Assembly: GCA_965230935.1 (NCBI GenBank)
Contig: OZ246400.1
Location: forward strand, 758,359-822,358
Direction of reading: 5' to 3'
Source: an uncultured Gammaproteobacteria bacterium
GTDB taxonomy: Bacteria > Patescibacteriota > Patescibacteriia > Magasanikbacterales > JBBTQS01
DNA: 64,000 nucleotides
Below are positions 28,158 through 39,076 of this stretch, piece by piece. Position 1 is the first letter of the stretch. Each line of letters starts with the position of its first letter. A model generated the notes under the pieces. The model did not search any database, was not told where the DNA came from, and saw nothing but the letters and a program-made list of their open reading frames with translations. A program made the position numbers and the translations under genes.

Positions 28158-29294
28158 ATGCGAGTAAGATCGTATAGCGCAATTCGAAGTTTTTTGCTGG
28201 GCACTGATTGGGTGCTTGTTTTGTCTGTGCTAACTCTTGCGGCGTTTGGGTTGGCGGCAATTTATAGTATCGATCTTGGTCGAGGTTTGGGGTTTGGGCA
28301 GACCAAGACGCAAGTGTTTGCTTTGGTGCTTGGACTGGTGTTGATGTTTGCATTATCGCGTGTGCCTAAAAGTGCGTGGCGATCCTATAGTTTGCTCGCC
28401 TATGTGTTGGGGGTGTTGGTGTTGTTGTATGTGGTGCTGTTTGGGGTGGAGATTCGAGGGACGCGTGGGTGGATTATTTTTGCTGGGTTTTCGTTTCAGC
28501 CGGTTGAATTTATGAAAGTTGGTATGGTGCTTTTTATGGCGTACTTGATCGAACGCTCTGGCCGCGCCTTTGCCACGTTTACCTTTTTTAGTAAAACCGC
28601 GTTGTATGCAGTGGTGCCGGTGCTGTTGGTATTGCTCCAGCCAGACTTGGGTTCGGCGATTACGTTGTTTGTCGTGTGGCTCGGACTGGTATTAATGGTG
28701 GGGATTAAGCGGCGATATGTATTGTTACTTGCAGTTGGTTTGGTGGTTGTTGCGGTATTGGGGTGGTTATTTGTGCTGCAGGGGTATCAAAAAGATCGTA
28801 TCATGACCTTTATTGATCCAAATCGTGACCCACTTGGTGCCGGGTATAATGTTCAACAATCAATTATTGCAGTGGGATCTGGTCGGGTATTTGGTCGAGG
28901 ATTAGGACAAGGTTCGCAAACACAACTTCGATTTTTGCCAGAGGCACAAACCGACTTTATTTTTTCGGTGATTGCTGAAGAACTTGGCTTTATTGGGGTG
29001 TCGGTCGTCTTTATTGCGTTTATCGCACTCTGGTATCGATTGATTCGTATTGCGCTGGCGGCCAAAGATGATTTTGGATTGTTTGTGGTGCTTGGCGCCA
29101 CAATGTTAATTTTTGGTGAGGTGGGTATTAATGTTGGCGCCACCCTTGGTAGTATGCCGGTAACCGGGATTGCCTTGCCGTTTGTGAGCGCTGGTGGAAG
29201 CTCGTTGCTGCTTCATTTGATACTTATTGGTATACTATTAAGTGTCCATCGAAGTGCTGGTGTACAAGAGCATCAATATGTTGAACCGGTATAG
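28158..29294 (+). CDS. ftsW: SEDS family peptidoglycan glycosyltransferase (FtsW/RodA)
   Basis: 10-TM profile with conserved SEDS motifs (GAGYNVQQS, FIFSVIAEELGFIG, ALPFVSAGGSSL). Confidence 0.85.
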   Translation: MRVRSYSAIRSFLLGTDWVLVLSVLTLAAFGLAAIYSIDLGRGLGFGQTKTQVFALVLGLVLMFALSRVPKSAWRSYSLLAYVLGVLVLLYVVLFGVEIRGTRGWIIFAGFSFQPVEFMKVGMVLFMAYLIERSGRAFATFTFFSKTALYAVVPVLLVLLQPDLGSAITLFVVWLGLVLMVGIKRRYVLLLAVGLVVVAVLGWLFVLQGYQKDRIMTFIDPNRDPLGAGYNVQQSIIAVGSGRVFGRGLGQGSQTQLRFLPEAQTDFIFSVIAEELGFIGVSVVFIAFIALWYRLIRIALAAKDDFGLFVVLGATMLIFGEVGINVGATLGSMPVTGIALPFVSAGGSSLLLHLILIGILLSVHRSAGVQEHQYVEPV

Positions 29295-29309
29295 CATATC
29301 AGTCACTTC

Positions 29310-29702
29310 TTGACATATTTCCGTTACTTATCTATACTTTTGCCCACTATGGAACATGACTCGTTTCCGTCAGAATTCGATGCGGTCCCTGGCCGTATGG
29401 TCAACTTTTGTCCGATGTGCGACGCAGAGTTTAATCCGCTTATGGCGCGGGTGATTCAAGAACATAGCAATGGAACGGTCGTTCATGTTCGGTGTAGTAA
29501 TTGTCGTAACGCATTAATCGCGCTTATGCATCATGGGAGTCATGGAGTGAACTCGTTTGGCTTTATCAGTGATATGAGTGCAGAAGATTATTTGCGCGTT
29601 CGACACGCGAAGCCGTTGAGCGCTGATGATGTGATTGATATGCATGTGCGACTCAGAAGCGGCGCAACATTTACCAAAGCAATTACCCAATACCAAAAGT
29701 AA
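29310..29702 (+). CDS. Hypothetical zinc-ribbon-like protein
   Basis: Cys pairs CPMC and CSNC; the probable true start is MEHDSF. Confidence 0.35.
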   Translation: MTYFRYLSILLPTMEHDSFPSEFDAVPGRMVNFCPMCDAEFNPLMARVIQEHSNGTVVHVRCSNCRNALIALMHHGSHGVNSFGFISDMSAEDYLRVRHAKPLSADDVIDMHVRLRSGATFTKAITQYQK

Positions 29703-29708
29703 AATAGT

Positions 29709-30410
29709 ATGACGCATACCATTACGCTCTTGAAGCGAGAAACTACCACTAAACAACTTGAAGCATTGCGCAAAAGCGGAGTGATTCCTGGCGTGCTGTA
29801 TGGCCCTGATCGCGAAGTGGTTTCCGTTCAGATGAAAGCATACGACTTTCAAAAAATGTATGAAGAGGCTGGACGTTCCAGTTTGATTGACTGTACCTAT
29901 AATGGAGAAGATGCTGTAAAAGTGTTGGTACAAGATATCCAACGTGATCCAGTGTTTGGCAATATTACGCATGTGGATTTTCGCCAGATTAAGATGGGAG
30001 AGAAGATGCGTGTGAAAGTTCCTCTTGAGTTTACCGGCGAGGCAGCAGCAGTTACGATGTTGGCCGGAACATTGATCACCAATGTGTCCGAAGTTGAGGT
30101 TGAATGTTTACCAAAAGATTTGATCTCGAGTATTGAAGTCCCACTGGCATCACTGGCAACATTCGAAGATTCAATCGCGGTGAAAGATTTGAGCGTACCG
30201 GACACGATTACCATTTTGTCTGATGAGACCAACACCGTCGTATTTGTTGAAGCGCCACGTACGGTCGAGGAAATGGAGAAACTCGACGAGGCCGTTGAAG
30301 AAGATGTGGCTGGTGTTGCGGTTGAAGGCGAGAAGCCAGAAGATGCGCCAGAAGGTGAAGCAGATGCGAAGGCAGAAGCGCCAAAAGAAGAAGCACAGAA
30401 AAAAGAATAA
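29709..30410 (+). CDS. rplY: 50S ribosomal protein L25 / general stress protein Ctc
   Basis: L25 N-terminal domain (RKSGVIPGVLYG, ITHVDFRQI) plus the Ctc-type C-terminal extension and an acidic tail. Confidence 0.8.
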   Translation: MTHTITLLKRETTTKQLEALRKSGVIPGVLYGPDREVVSVQMKAYDFQKMYEEAGRSSLIDCTYNGEDAVKVLVQDIQRDPVFGNITHVDFRQIKMGEKMRVKVPLEFTGEAAAVTMLAGTLITNVSEVEVECLPKDLISSIEVPLASLATFEDSIAVKDLSVPDTITILSDETNTVVFVEAPRTVEEMEKLDEAVEEDVAGVAVEGEKPEDAPEGEADAKAEAPKEEAQKKE

Positions 30411-30416
30411 ATCCCC

Positions 30417-31562
30417 ATGGGGCAAGGAGAAGGAAAAAAGCCAAAATCAAAACGCCGTCTTGCGATTTCGCGCAAGGCGGTGTTTGGCGTTTCCTTGCTG
30501 GTGATCGTGTTAGCTGCCGGAGCGTATGCTGCGTATACACTGTATTATCGCGTGTGCTGTGCTGAGCCGCCGCTTGATATTGTTGTTGTTGAAAATCCCG
30601 ATGGACAATTGGTTGGTTTTCCGCGAGGGTTAGATGGAGAGTTGGTTCCAGAACTGACTGAGCAATTTCCAATTGTTACCGCAGTTGTACTTGATAACCA
30701 TCCTGACTCACGTCCACAATCTGGTTTGGCAGATGCTTCAGTGGTGTATGAGATTCCGGTTGAAGGAATATTTACTCGCTTCCTTGCCTTATATCCTATG
30801 TATCCGAGTGCTGGGTTGGCGTCAGTAACCAGCACCTATGATGGCGATATTGGTCCGGTACGCAGTGCGCGTCCGTATATGCTTGATGTCGCTGCTGAGT
30901 ATGATGCGATTTTTGCTCATGTTGGTGGATCGCCAACAGCATTAACCCAGTTGAAGTCTGGCACCATTGCAGATATTAATGAATTTTCTCGAGGTCACCT
31001 CTTTTGGCGTAGTACTCAAAATGTCGCACCGCACAACGTCATGACGTCGCTTGAAGATTTAGAAGACGGTCATGCTCAGTATTTTTCAACACAACTCGAG
31101 AGCGAGTTTGTGCCATGGGAGTGGAATTACGATTTGGATGATGTGCAAGAGTCAGATGAATCACAAGTTGCAATCGTAAGTATTGCCTGGAAAGATACCA
31201 GTAACTTTGTTGAGTGGGAATGGGATCAAGATGCCGGGCAGTTTAATCGTTATCAAAACAATACTCGTCATCGTGATGCTGCTTCTTCAGCAATTGTGGC
31301 TGATACCGTGATTGTGCAACGAGTTGATACTGCGGTGATTGACGATGTGGGACGACTTGCCATTGATATGGTCGGTAGTGGCGATGTTACGGTGTATCGT
31401 GATGGAATCAAAATTGAAGGGACATGGAATAAAGATCGTCGCTTGGGACGGACAACATTTGTTGATAAAGATAATCTTCCGATTGCGTTGGCACCGGGAA
31501 AGATTTGGGTAGAGGTGGTTCCGCAGACTATTGCGGTTGATGAGATTTTTGAAATTGAGTAA
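30417..31562 (+). CDS. DUF3048-like membrane-anchored or lipoprotein-like protein
   Basis: N-terminal TM helix; the motif SVVYEIPVEGIFTRFLALY matches the DUF3048 signature. Confidence 0.5.
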   Translation: MGQGEGKKPKSKRRLAISRKAVFGVSLLVIVLAAGAYAAYTLYYRVCCAEPPLDIVVVENPDGQLVGFPRGLDGELVPELTEQFPIVTAVVLDNHPDSRPQSGLADASVVYEIPVEGIFTRFLALYPMYPSAGLASVTSTYDGDIGPVRSARPYMLDVAAEYDAIFAHVGGSPTALTQLKSGTIADINEFSRGHLFWRSTQNVAPHNVMTSLEDLEDGHAQYFSTQLESEFVPWEWNYDLDDVQESDESQVAIVSIAWKDTSNFVEWEWDQDAGQFNRYQNNTRHRDAASSAIVADTVIVQRVDTAVIDDVGRLAIDMVGSGDVTVYRDGIKIEGTWNKDRRLGRTTFVDKDNLPIALAPGKIWVEVVPQTIAVDEIFEIE

Positions 31563-32409
31563 GTGCTATCTCTACCATTCGATCATGACCAGCGAGGTCT
31601 TGATGGATCGCAATATCGCGATACGGCAGCAAGTCATGTATCGTTTTTTTTATGTGTTGCGTTTGTGAAGGATCGATTTCACAGAGGAGTCTTATACTTT
31701 TTTCAGGACGCTTTTTTTGAAGCGTAGCAATTTGTGCAAATATTTTGCGATAGAGATCAAGGCCATCATCACCTGATTCAAGGGCAAGCTTTGGTTCAAA
31801 GTTTTTCACATTTGGCTGTAAAGTCTTGTATTGCGCGGTTGAGATGTACGGGAGATTCATCGTGAACAGGAGTGGGAGATCTGACAAAGATTCATGGTTA
31901 AGATTATTAAGCAAATCATTTTGCACAAACGTAATTTGCGTGTCGACCTTATGTTGTTGTGCATTGTGTTTGGCAATTGCCAATGCGTCATTTGAAACAT
32001 CAGTCGCCGTAATAGTTGTTTTTGGCGAGCGTACAGCAATACTGATTGCAATACATCCAGAACCAGTACCAACATCAATGACATGATGGGGCGTACTGGT
32101 AAGAATCTCGAGTGCGCGTTCGACCATGAGCTCGGTTTCCGGGCGAGGAATAAGCACGCGCGAATCCACCGCAAAATCAAGCCCAAAGAATGCTTTATGG
32201 CCGGTAATGTATGCAATTGGTTCGTGCAATTGCGCACGGCGAACGTTGCGTAAAAAACGCCACAGCTCACTGATGCTGAGTTTGTGCTCCGGATGCGCAG
32301 CTAAAAAAGCGCGGTCTTTACTCGTGGCGTGTGCAAGTAACAATTCAGCATCGAGCCGGTCAATATCAGCACTGGCGCGCGCAATGAGTTTGCCAACCAG
32401 TCGAGACAT
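31528..32409 (-). CDS. prmC: Release factor glutamine N5-methyltransferase PrmC/HemK
   Basis: SAM-binding motif VIDVGTGSGCIAI, an NLPY variant of the NPPY motif, and a position directly downstream of prfA. Confidence 0.8.
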   Translation of the reverse strand: MSRLVGKLIARASADIDRLDAELLLAHATSKDRAFLAAHPEHKLSISELWRFLRNVRRAQLHEPIAYITGHKAFFGLDFAVDSRVLIPRPETELMVERALEILTSTPHHVIDVGTGSGCIAISIAVRSPKTTITATDVSNDALAIAKHNAQQHKVDTQITFVQNDLLNNLNHESLSDLPLLFTMNLPYISTAQYKTLQPNVKNFEPKLALESGDDGLDLYRKIFAQIATLQKKRPEKSIRLLCEIDPSQTQHIKKTIHDLLPYRDIAIHQDLAGHDRMVEIALTQFQKSHQPQ

Positions 32410-32411
32410 AC

Positions 32412-33470
32412 TTACGCTTGGGCTGATTGATAATCAGCTGTTCGGAGTTTTGCAATAATATCGGTGATATCGCCATTGAGAATTCCGGGGATGTTATTCC
32501 AGCTTTCTTTAATGCGATGATCAGTCACGCGATCTTGTGGAAAGTTGTAGGTGCGGATTTTTTCACTGCGATCACCAGTACCAATTTGGCTTTTGCGTTT
32601 AGCGTCCAGTTCTGCTTTTTGTTTGGCTTGCTCAAGTTCGTATAGACGCGCGCGCAAAATATTCATGGCTTTAATCTTGTTTTGTGTCTGTGATCGCTCA
32701 TCCTGACACGAGACAACGGTGTTGGTTGGCAGATGCGTGATTCGCACCGCACTATATGCCGTATTCACACTTTGCCCACCCGCACCACTGGAACAAAACG
32801 TATCAATGCGTAAATCATTCGGATTGATCTCAAATTCTTTCTCTTCGATTTCTGGAAGCACGGCCACGCTGACTGTTGAGGTATGAATGCGTCCGGATTT
32901 TTCTGTCTCGGGAATGCGTTGTACGCGATGAACCCCCATTTCATACTTCATGTCTTTGTACACATTGGTTCCGGTGATCTCAAAAATGACTTCTTTGTAT
33001 CCCCCAATCCCAATATGACTTTCACTCATGAGCGAGGTTTTCCATCCTTGGGATTCAGCATACTTTAAGTACATCCGCATGAGCTCACCGGCAAACAGTG
33101 CGGATTCGTCGCCACCAGCCCCAGCGCGGATTTCAACAATTACATTCTTTTTGTCGAGTGGATCTTTGGGGCGAGTAAATTCTTGGAGTTGTTCTTGCGC
33201 TTGCGCCAAAGCACGTTCAAGCTCGGGAAGTTCTACACGGGCAAGTTCGGCAAGTTCGGCATCGTCACCTTTAGTAATCTCTTGGGTATCGGCAATTTGC
33301 TGGGTAAAATCGTTGACCTTATCAGTAGCAGCGACGATTTCTTTAAGCTCATTATATTCTTGACCAAGCGTTTTCATTTGTTTGGCATCAGAAACAATTG
33401 CAGGGTCTTGCATCTGCTGTTCAATCGTTTTGAGTTTTGCATGATAATCAGTCATAGAGGGTGTTGGCAA
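32412..33470 (-). CDS. prfA: Peptide chain release factor 1
   Basis: GGQ motif ([11 protein letters not shown]) and an RF1-type PxT tripeptide region ([14 protein letters not shown]). Confidence 0.9.
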   Translation of the reverse strand: MPTPSMTDYHAKLKTIEQQMQDPAIVSDAKQMKTLGQEYNELKEIVAATDKVNDFTQQIADTQEITKGDDAELAELARVELPELERALAQAQEQLQEFTRPKDPLDKKNVIVEIRAGAGGDESALFAGELMRMYLKYAESQGWKTSLMSESHIGIGGYKEVIFEITGTNVYKDMKYEMGVHRVQRIPETEKSGRIHTSTVSVAVLPEIEEKEFEINPNDLRIDTFCSSGAGGQSVNTAYSAVRITHLPTNTVVSCQDERSQTQNKIKAMNILRARLYELEQAKQKAELDAKRKSQIGTGDRSEKIRTYNFPQDRVTDHRIKESWNNIPGILNGDITDIIAKLRTADYQSAQA

Positions 33471-33517
33471 AATAAAAACACGTGTTCAGCATAGCATGAA
33501 ACACGTGTTCCCAATAT

Positions 33518-33802
33518 TTATTTTGAATCGTCTGCTGATTTTTTGGCAGCACGAGCAGCGCGCTTTGCCTTCTTTCCTTTGCGGGTTGCAGAAGCTGCTG
33601 CTTGCTTTGCGGCTTTTTCCTGAAATTTTTCTACGCGACGAGCAGTATCCACAAACTTTTGTTTACCAGTGTAAAACGGGTGGCACTTGTTGCATAGCTC
33701 GATACGAACCGCTTCTTTGGTTGAACCAACCTCAAATTCCTCACCACAGGCGCAGGTGATTTTGATCGCAGTATTATAGGTTGGATGAATCGCTGTTTTC
33801 AT
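33518..33802 (-). CDS. rpmE: 50S ribosomal protein L31 with a Lys-rich C-terminal extension
   Basis: Starts [10 protein letters not shown]...CACGEEF...[10 protein letters not shown], with a Zn-ribbon CxxC pair. Confidence 0.85.
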   Translation of the reverse strand: MKTAIHPTYNTAIKITCACGEEFEVGSTKEAVRIELCNKCHPFYTGKQKFVDTARRVEKFQEKAAKQAAASATRKGKKAKRAARAAKKSADDSK

Positions 33803-33809
33803 AGATTTT

Positions 33810-35231
33810 TTGAATGCGGGGGTATTGTATAGGAGTCATATGATGTTGTCAATACTGCTTGCGAGTCTTTCTTTTGGGGAGGAATATGGGTATGATGGAG
33901 CACATATGATTACTCATCTTGAAGACAATATCTATACTAATGGTACGCATTATTTTTTTACGTTGCTTGGACCGCGTTTTGATGCGGTGGTTGAGTTGTA
34001 TCGACAAGAATTATCCAGGCGTCTGGGTGTACTGGTAAAGCCTATTTTTGTACTTAATGCAATCCCATGTACCCATTTTGAAAAAGAGAATTACATTATT
34101 TTGAATGCAAAGGGTGAGCAGGAAAGTCGTGATCGAAATCGACCGGTGATTGATTTACCAGAATACGAAGATTTGAATGCTGAGTTTTTGCAATCTAAAA
34201 AGGTTCAGGCGATTGCTGACCAACTTTTGCAAAAACAAGATACCGTATATGTGCATAGCACGACCTCATCATTTTTTGCACACGATGCGCGCTATACATT
34301 GCTTGGTCCAGATCCTCAGGTTTCTAAAAAATATGACGCCAAAACTACTCAGCATGATCTGTTTGTTAGGCTTGGGTTGTCCTATGTTCCGGCTGAAACG
34401 GTAAGTAATAGAGCTGATCTGTCTGCGCGTCCGTATCCCTACTATCTCAGCGCTGCGTATACTTCTGGTGGAAATGAAAGTGGGCCAGTAGAGAATGAAT
34501 CATCTCGTGAGGCACTATTGTCTGCCATGCGAGACGTGAATGTGCAAGGGCCGTTTTTGGTGAGCGAGATCATTACCGATATTATTGCTGAGCCTAACAC
34601 TACGGCAATGGTTATTGACCATGACAAGACGGTTGTTACGACAATTAGTGATCAGATTATGCGGGGTAAGCGCTATTTGGGGAATGCATATCCCACTGCA
34701 ATCGATCAGATGCAGCAACAAGAGGTTATTGCCATGACGGAAGCGATTGGAAATGCACTTTCGGGTGAGGGATTCCGTGGCATGTTTGGTTGCGATTTTT
34801 TAATTACCAAGGATGGTAGAGTCATGGTTGTTGACCTTAATCCTCGTCGTCAGGGTGGGTATGCGTGTGTGGTACTTTTTGCTCAAGAAGTAGGAGTAGA
34901 TTTGGTGAAAACTGAAATTGAATGTGCGCTTGATGGGGCAGCTACACTACCGACTAACTATGCTGATATGCAATATGATCATGCATGGGTACACAGTAAG
35001 ATTAAGCCGAATCAACAAGGTGATCAGAAACACGATGTCATGCACGGCGATATTGTAGACGCGTTTACCCAAGGATCAGGGGAATATTTTGCAACGTTTT
35101 ATGATACCTCTGCGATGTTTTTGGATGGATATACCGGATACGCCGTATGTGTAGGAGAGGATCGTGAGGTATTGCTCAAACGGTTAACTCAAATCACAAA
35201 GAAGTATTCAGCCGTCACTCTTGACGAATAA
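33810..35231 (+). CDS. Uncharacterised ATP-grasp-like protein
   Basis: The C-terminal region [29 protein letters not shown] resembles the ATP-grasp Mg/ATP-binding segment. Confidence 0.4.
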   Translation: MNAGVLYRSHMMLSILLASLSFGEEYGYDGAHMITHLEDNIYTNGTHYFFTLLGPRFDAVVELYRQELSRRLGVLVKPIFVLNAIPCTHFEKENYIILNAKGEQESRDRNRPVIDLPEYEDLNAEFLQSKKVQAIADQLLQKQDTVYVHSTTSSFFAHDARYTLLGPDPQVSKKYDAKTTQHDLFVRLGLSYVPAETVSNRADLSARPYPYYLSAAYTSGGNESGPVENESSREALLSAMRDVNVQGPFLVSEIITDIIAEPNTTAMVIDHDKTVVTTISDQIMRGKRYLGNAYPTAIDQMQQQEVIAMTEAIGNALSGEGFRGMFGCDFLITKDGRVMVVDLNPRRQGGYACVVLFAQEVGVDLVKTEIECALDGAATLPTNYADMQYDHAWVHSKIKPNQQGDQKHDVMHGDIVDAFTQGSGEYFATFYDTSAMFLDGYTGYAVCVGEDREVLLKRLTQITKKYSAVTLDE

Positions 35232-35359
35232 TCGATATCCAGGTAGACTATCGCCAGTTATTCATCATTCATCTTGGCACTTTCCTTGGGTGATCCTCCC
35301 AACCCGCGCAAGCGGCGGGCCGCTCAAGCGCCAAGAGAAGCTAAAAGGAGATATATACT

Positions 35360-36136
35360 ATGGCAAAAATGCCCACTCTACTGGAGATGCTCCAGTCCGG
35401 GATGCACTTTGGTCACCAACAAAATCGTTGGCACCCAAAGATGGAACCCTACATCTTCGCCGTTCGTTCTGGCGTACACGTTATTAACTTAGAGAAAACC
35501 CAACGACTCTTGGCCGAGGCTGCAGAGTTTGTCAAAGGTGTTGCTGCCAAGGGTGGTACAGTTTTGTTTTTGGGAACCAAGCGTCAGGCGCAAGCACCGA
35601 TTAAAGAAGCAGCGCAAAAGTGTAGCATGCCGTACATTACCGAACGGTGGCTTGGTGGATTTATTACCAACTTTGAAGAGATCAAAAAGTTGCTCAAGCG
35701 TTTTCGTGAAATGAAAGCATCACGCGAAGCAGGTGAGCTTGAAAAGTACACTAAAAAAGAGCGCGTGATGTTTGATAAAGAAATCGCTAAGCTTGAGTCG
35801 TACTTGGAAGGTGTAGAGCAAATGGATAAAATGCCAGACGCGGTGTTTATCATGGATATTCGTCATGAGAAGACCGCACGCGAGGAAGCAAAAGTCAAAG
35901 GCGTGCCAATTGTAGCGGTATGTGATACTAATGTGAATCCAAAAGTAGTAGATTATGTGATTCCGGCAAATGATGACGCGGTGCGTTCGATCGCGATGGT
36001 ATCCAATGTGTTGGCTGATGCAATTAATGAAGGTCGCGAGTTGGCTAAAAAGGCAGCGCCAGCAACAGTGGTCCCAGCGAAAGGAATGGCAGCGCCAAAG
36101 AAGTCTGCACCAATCAAAATTTCTAATCCAGTGTAA
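35360..36136 (+). CDS. rpsB: 30S ribosomal protein S2
   Basis: Starts MLQSGMHFGHQQNRWHPKM with a conserved S2 core; followed by tsf. Confidence 0.95.
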   Translation: MAKMPTLLEMLQSGMHFGHQQNRWHPKMEPYIFAVRSGVHVINLEKTQRLLAEAAEFVKGVAAKGGTVLFLGTKRQAQAPIKEAAQKCSMPYITERWLGGFITNFEEIKKLLKRFREMKASREAGELEKYTKKERVMFDKEIAKLESYLEGVEQMDKMPDAVFIMDIRHEKTAREEAKVKGVPIVAVCDTNVNPKVVDYVIPANDDAVRSIAMVSNVLADAINEGRELAKKAAPATVVPAKGMAAPKKSAPIKISNPV

Positions 36137-36154
36137 TTGTAAGGAGGAAAATCT

Positions 36155-36805
36155 ATGGCAATTGATTTGAAAACCATTTCAAAAATCCGCGAATTAACTG
36201 GCGCGGGCATGATGAACGTGAAAAACGCACTTGAAGAAGCAAATGGCAATGAACAGCAAGCAATTGATTTGTTGCGCAAAAAAGGAGCTGCTAAGGCAGC
36301 CAAGCGATCTGGAAAAGTGGCAGCTGAGGGACGTGTTGCAAGTTATATTCATGGTGAGGGGCGTGTTGGGGTATTGGTTGAGGTAAACTCAGAGACCGAC
36401 TTTGTGGCAAAGAACGACGCATTTGTTGAGTTGACTCGTGACATTGCAATGCATATTGCAGCAGCAGCGCCGCACTATGTGTCTCGTGAAGAGGTGCCTG
36501 CTGATGTGTTGGCGCGTGAGAAAGATGTCTATGCCGAGCAACTTAAAGCTGAGGGTAAGCCGGCTGAGATGATTGAGAAGATTGTGGAAGGTAAGATGAA
36601 CAAGTTTTACGCCGAGGTGTGTTTGCTCGAGCAATCCTTTATTAAGGATGAGGACAAGAGTGTGCAGCAGTTGCTTGAAGAGAAGACTGCCGAGATTGGT
36701 GAGAAAATGATTGTGCGTCGTTTTGCACGATATGAGTTGGGTGAAGGGATTGAAAAAGAGGAGACTGATTATTTGGCAGAAGTTGAGGAAGCGATGCAAG
36801 CTTAA
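36155..36805 (+). CDS. tsf: Elongation factor Ts (short form)
   Basis: UBA-like N-terminus IRELTGAGMMNVKNALEEANGN; preceded by the RBS AAGGAGGA. Confidence 0.9.
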   Translation: MAIDLKTISKIRELTGAGMMNVKNALEEANGNEQQAIDLLRKKGAAKAAKRSGKVAAEGRVASYIHGEGRVGVLVEVNSETDFVAKNDAFVELTRDIAMHIAAAAPHYVSREEVPADVLAREKDVYAEQLKAEGKPAEMIEKIVEGKMNKFYAEVCLLEQSFIKDEDKSVQQLLEEKTAEIGEKMIVRRFARYELGEGIEKEETDYLAEVEEAMQA

Positions 36806-36820
36806 GAAATATGATTTGGA

Positions 36821-36848
36821 AAAGCCCCGCGCAGCGGGGCTTTTTGAT
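36821..36848 (+). terminator. Intrinsic terminator after tsf
   Basis: AAAGCCCCGC-GCAG-CGGGGCTTTTTG. Confidence 0.75.
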
Positions 36849-36883
36849 TTTAGCGCACTTTTCGGTATAGTACCTGCAAGTTT

Positions 36884-39070
36884 ATGCAACGTATATTAGC
36901 CATAATCCCAACCTATAACGAACGCGAGAATATCGCGGAACTTATTGCACGCTTGCATGCCCTCTATGGCGAACGAGTTGAGATTCTTGTAGTAGATGAT
37001 AGCTCACCAGATGGTACTGCTGAAGTAGTACGGCAGATGCAAGAGCAGTTTCCACACGTCCATCTACTCACTCGCCCGCATAAGTCCGGAATCGCTGGTG
37101 CTTACCTTGAAGCATTTACCCATGCACAAGAAAACGGCTACGATATCGTGGTGCAGATGGATGCCGACTTTTCGCATGATCCGGCTCACATCCAAGACAT
37201 GATTGACCAGCTTGAGGCACATGATGTGGTGATTGGTTCTCGCTATGTTGATGGTGGTGGTGTGCAGGATTGGCCATGGCATCGTCGCATGATCAGTCGG
37301 TTAGGGAGTTGGTATGCACGGATGGTATTGCAAAAACCAATTCGTGATTTTACCGGTGGGTTTACTGCCTGGCGAACCCATGTATTTACCACGATTGGTC
37401 TTAATCGGATTCGATCACGCGGATATAGTTTTCAAATTGAAATGAAATACCGCGCAGCCTCGCACGGACATCGCATTACCGAAGTGCCGATTACGTTTGC
37501 TGATCGCACCCAAGGTAAATCTAAGATGTCAAAGCGCATTGTGTTTGAAGCAATATGGCGGTTATGGATGATCCGTGGTCGACGAGTGGCAGAGCAAATC
37601 AGTCGATGTGTTCGTGAACGGCCGATCCGATGTTGGTATCTGTTGGTGCTGATTCTCCTTGCCGGGTTTGTTTCGTTCTGGAATTTGGGAGCAGGAGCAA
37701 TTGAAAATTGGGACGAAGGAATTTACGCGATTGTATCGCACGAGATGCTTGAGCAGCCAAGTCTTACGCTCCAGTTGCATGGACAGCCGTGGTTTGAAAA
37801 GCCACCACTTGGATTTTGGATCGAGGCCGGATCAATGGCACTCTTTGGAGTAACTGAGTTTGCTGTTCGCCTCCCTTCAGCAATATACTTTTTTATTTCA
37901 ATCCTATTGATCTATTTTTTGGGCAAAGCATTGTTTGACGAACATATCGCGTTTGTCAGCGCCATACTCACTGCTATCACTCCCGCAATGCTGCATGAGC
38001 ATATGGCACGCACCGGTGATCTGGATACCGGTCTGTTGTTACTCACTGTTGCGGCGCTTTACTTTTTAGTAAAAGCAGTTGGCCAACATCGTCCGGGAAT
38101 GTTAATCGCATCAGGAGCAATGGTTGGTTTGTTGGTGATGTTACGTGGCACACCAGCAGTGTTTGTGCTGCTGATTGGTTTGGTGTATTTCATTGTTACT
38201 GGTGCGTGGCGCGCGTTTGCTTTCAAAGTGTACGGGTACACTATTTTGGTGCTGCTTGGTATTGCATTGCCTTGGCATATCCATCAACTATGGGTGCACG
38301 GCCAGCAATTTTGGAATGTATATGTAATGGAACACTTTTTATCTCGCATTAGTATGCCGATTCAAACGCATGGCGGGCCTTGGTATTTTTACGTAGAGTA
38401 TTTTTGGGATCGACAAGGAATCATATTCAGTGTGTTGGTAATTGTGGCGTTGCTTTATGCTTTGTATCGATTATGGACTGCAAAGCGTCACACGTTGTGG
38501 TTGCCGCTTATCTGGATGATAGTGATTATCGTTCCACTGATGATCATGCAGACCAAACTTCATTGGTATGCCATTACTCTTATTCCGCCGATGATGTATG
38601 TGGTTGCGTATACGGTTGTTGATTTTGTCCGTCGTGGTTGGAATGAGCGGCATTGGTGGCAGCGATCTGCAGCAACGTTGAGCTTGGCTGCAGTGCTGTA
38701 TTCTGGTGGCATGTTTGTGGCACATACCTATCAATATGTATTGCAGTCAAACACTTCTTCAATACAACAGCTTGCGTTATCGCTTCCATCAGACGCACAA
38801 CAAGTGGTGGTACACGGAGTACAGCAGTGGTATCGTGGATACATCTTGCCGGAGTCTACGTGGTATTTTCAGTATCAACATGACGTCGAACCAATTCTGG
38901 TTGGTCCAACCAACTTGAATCATTATGTGGTGCGGTCGCAATACCAGTATTTCGTAACTGATCAAGATCATCTTCAAGATCTAGAAGGCGCTGCTAATGG
39001 CCGGTATCGATTTGTTGAGTTTACACGTCATGAAGATATGGCAATTTACAAAAAAGAATCTCATAACTAA
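36884..39070 (+). CDS. Fusion of a GT2 polyprenol-phosphate mannose synthase-like domain with a GT-C (PMT/ArnT-like) membrane glycosyltransferase domain
   Basis: The N-terminal ~240 aa carry the IIPTYNERENI and VDDSSPDGT DPM-synthase motifs. The C-terminal ~480 aa are polytopic, with the GT-C-like first-loop motif WDEGIY and YFL/HPPL-type segments. Confidence 0.65.
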   Translation: MQRILAIIPTYNERENIAELIARLHALYGERVEILVVDDSSPDGTAEVVRQMQEQFPHVHLLTRPHKSGIAGAYLEAFTHAQENGYDIVVQMDADFSHDPAHIQDMIDQLEAHDVVIGSRYVDGGGVQDWPWHRRMISRLGSWYARMVLQKPIRDFTGGFTAWRTHVFTTIGLNRIRSRGYSFQIEMKYRAASHGHRITEVPITFADRTQGKSKMSKRIVFEAIWRLWMIRGRRVAEQISRCVRERPIRCWYLLVLILLAGFVSFWNLGAGAIENWDEGIYAIVSHEMLEQPSLTLQLHGQPWFEKPPLGFWIEAGSMALFGVTEFAVRLPSAIYFFISILLIYFLGKALFDEHIAFVSAILTAITPAMLHEHMARTGDLDTGLLLLTVAALYFLVKAVGQHRPGMLIASGAMVGLLVMLRGTPAVFVLLIGLVYFIVTGAWRAFAFKVYGYTILVLLGIALPWHIHQLWVHGQQFWNVYVMEHFLSRISMPIQTHGGPWYFYVEYFWDRQGIIFSVLVIVALLYALYRLWTAKRHTLWLPLIWMIVIIVPLMIMQTKLHWYAITLIPPMMYVVAYTVVDFVRRGWNERHWWQRSAATLSLAAVLYSGGMFVAHTYQYVLQSNTSSIQQLALSLPSDAQQVVVHGVQQWYRGYILPESTWYFQYQHDVEPILVGPTNLNHYVVRSQYQYFVTDQDHLQDLEGAANGRYRFVEFTRHEDMAIYKKESHN

Positions 39071-39076
39071 TCGTGT

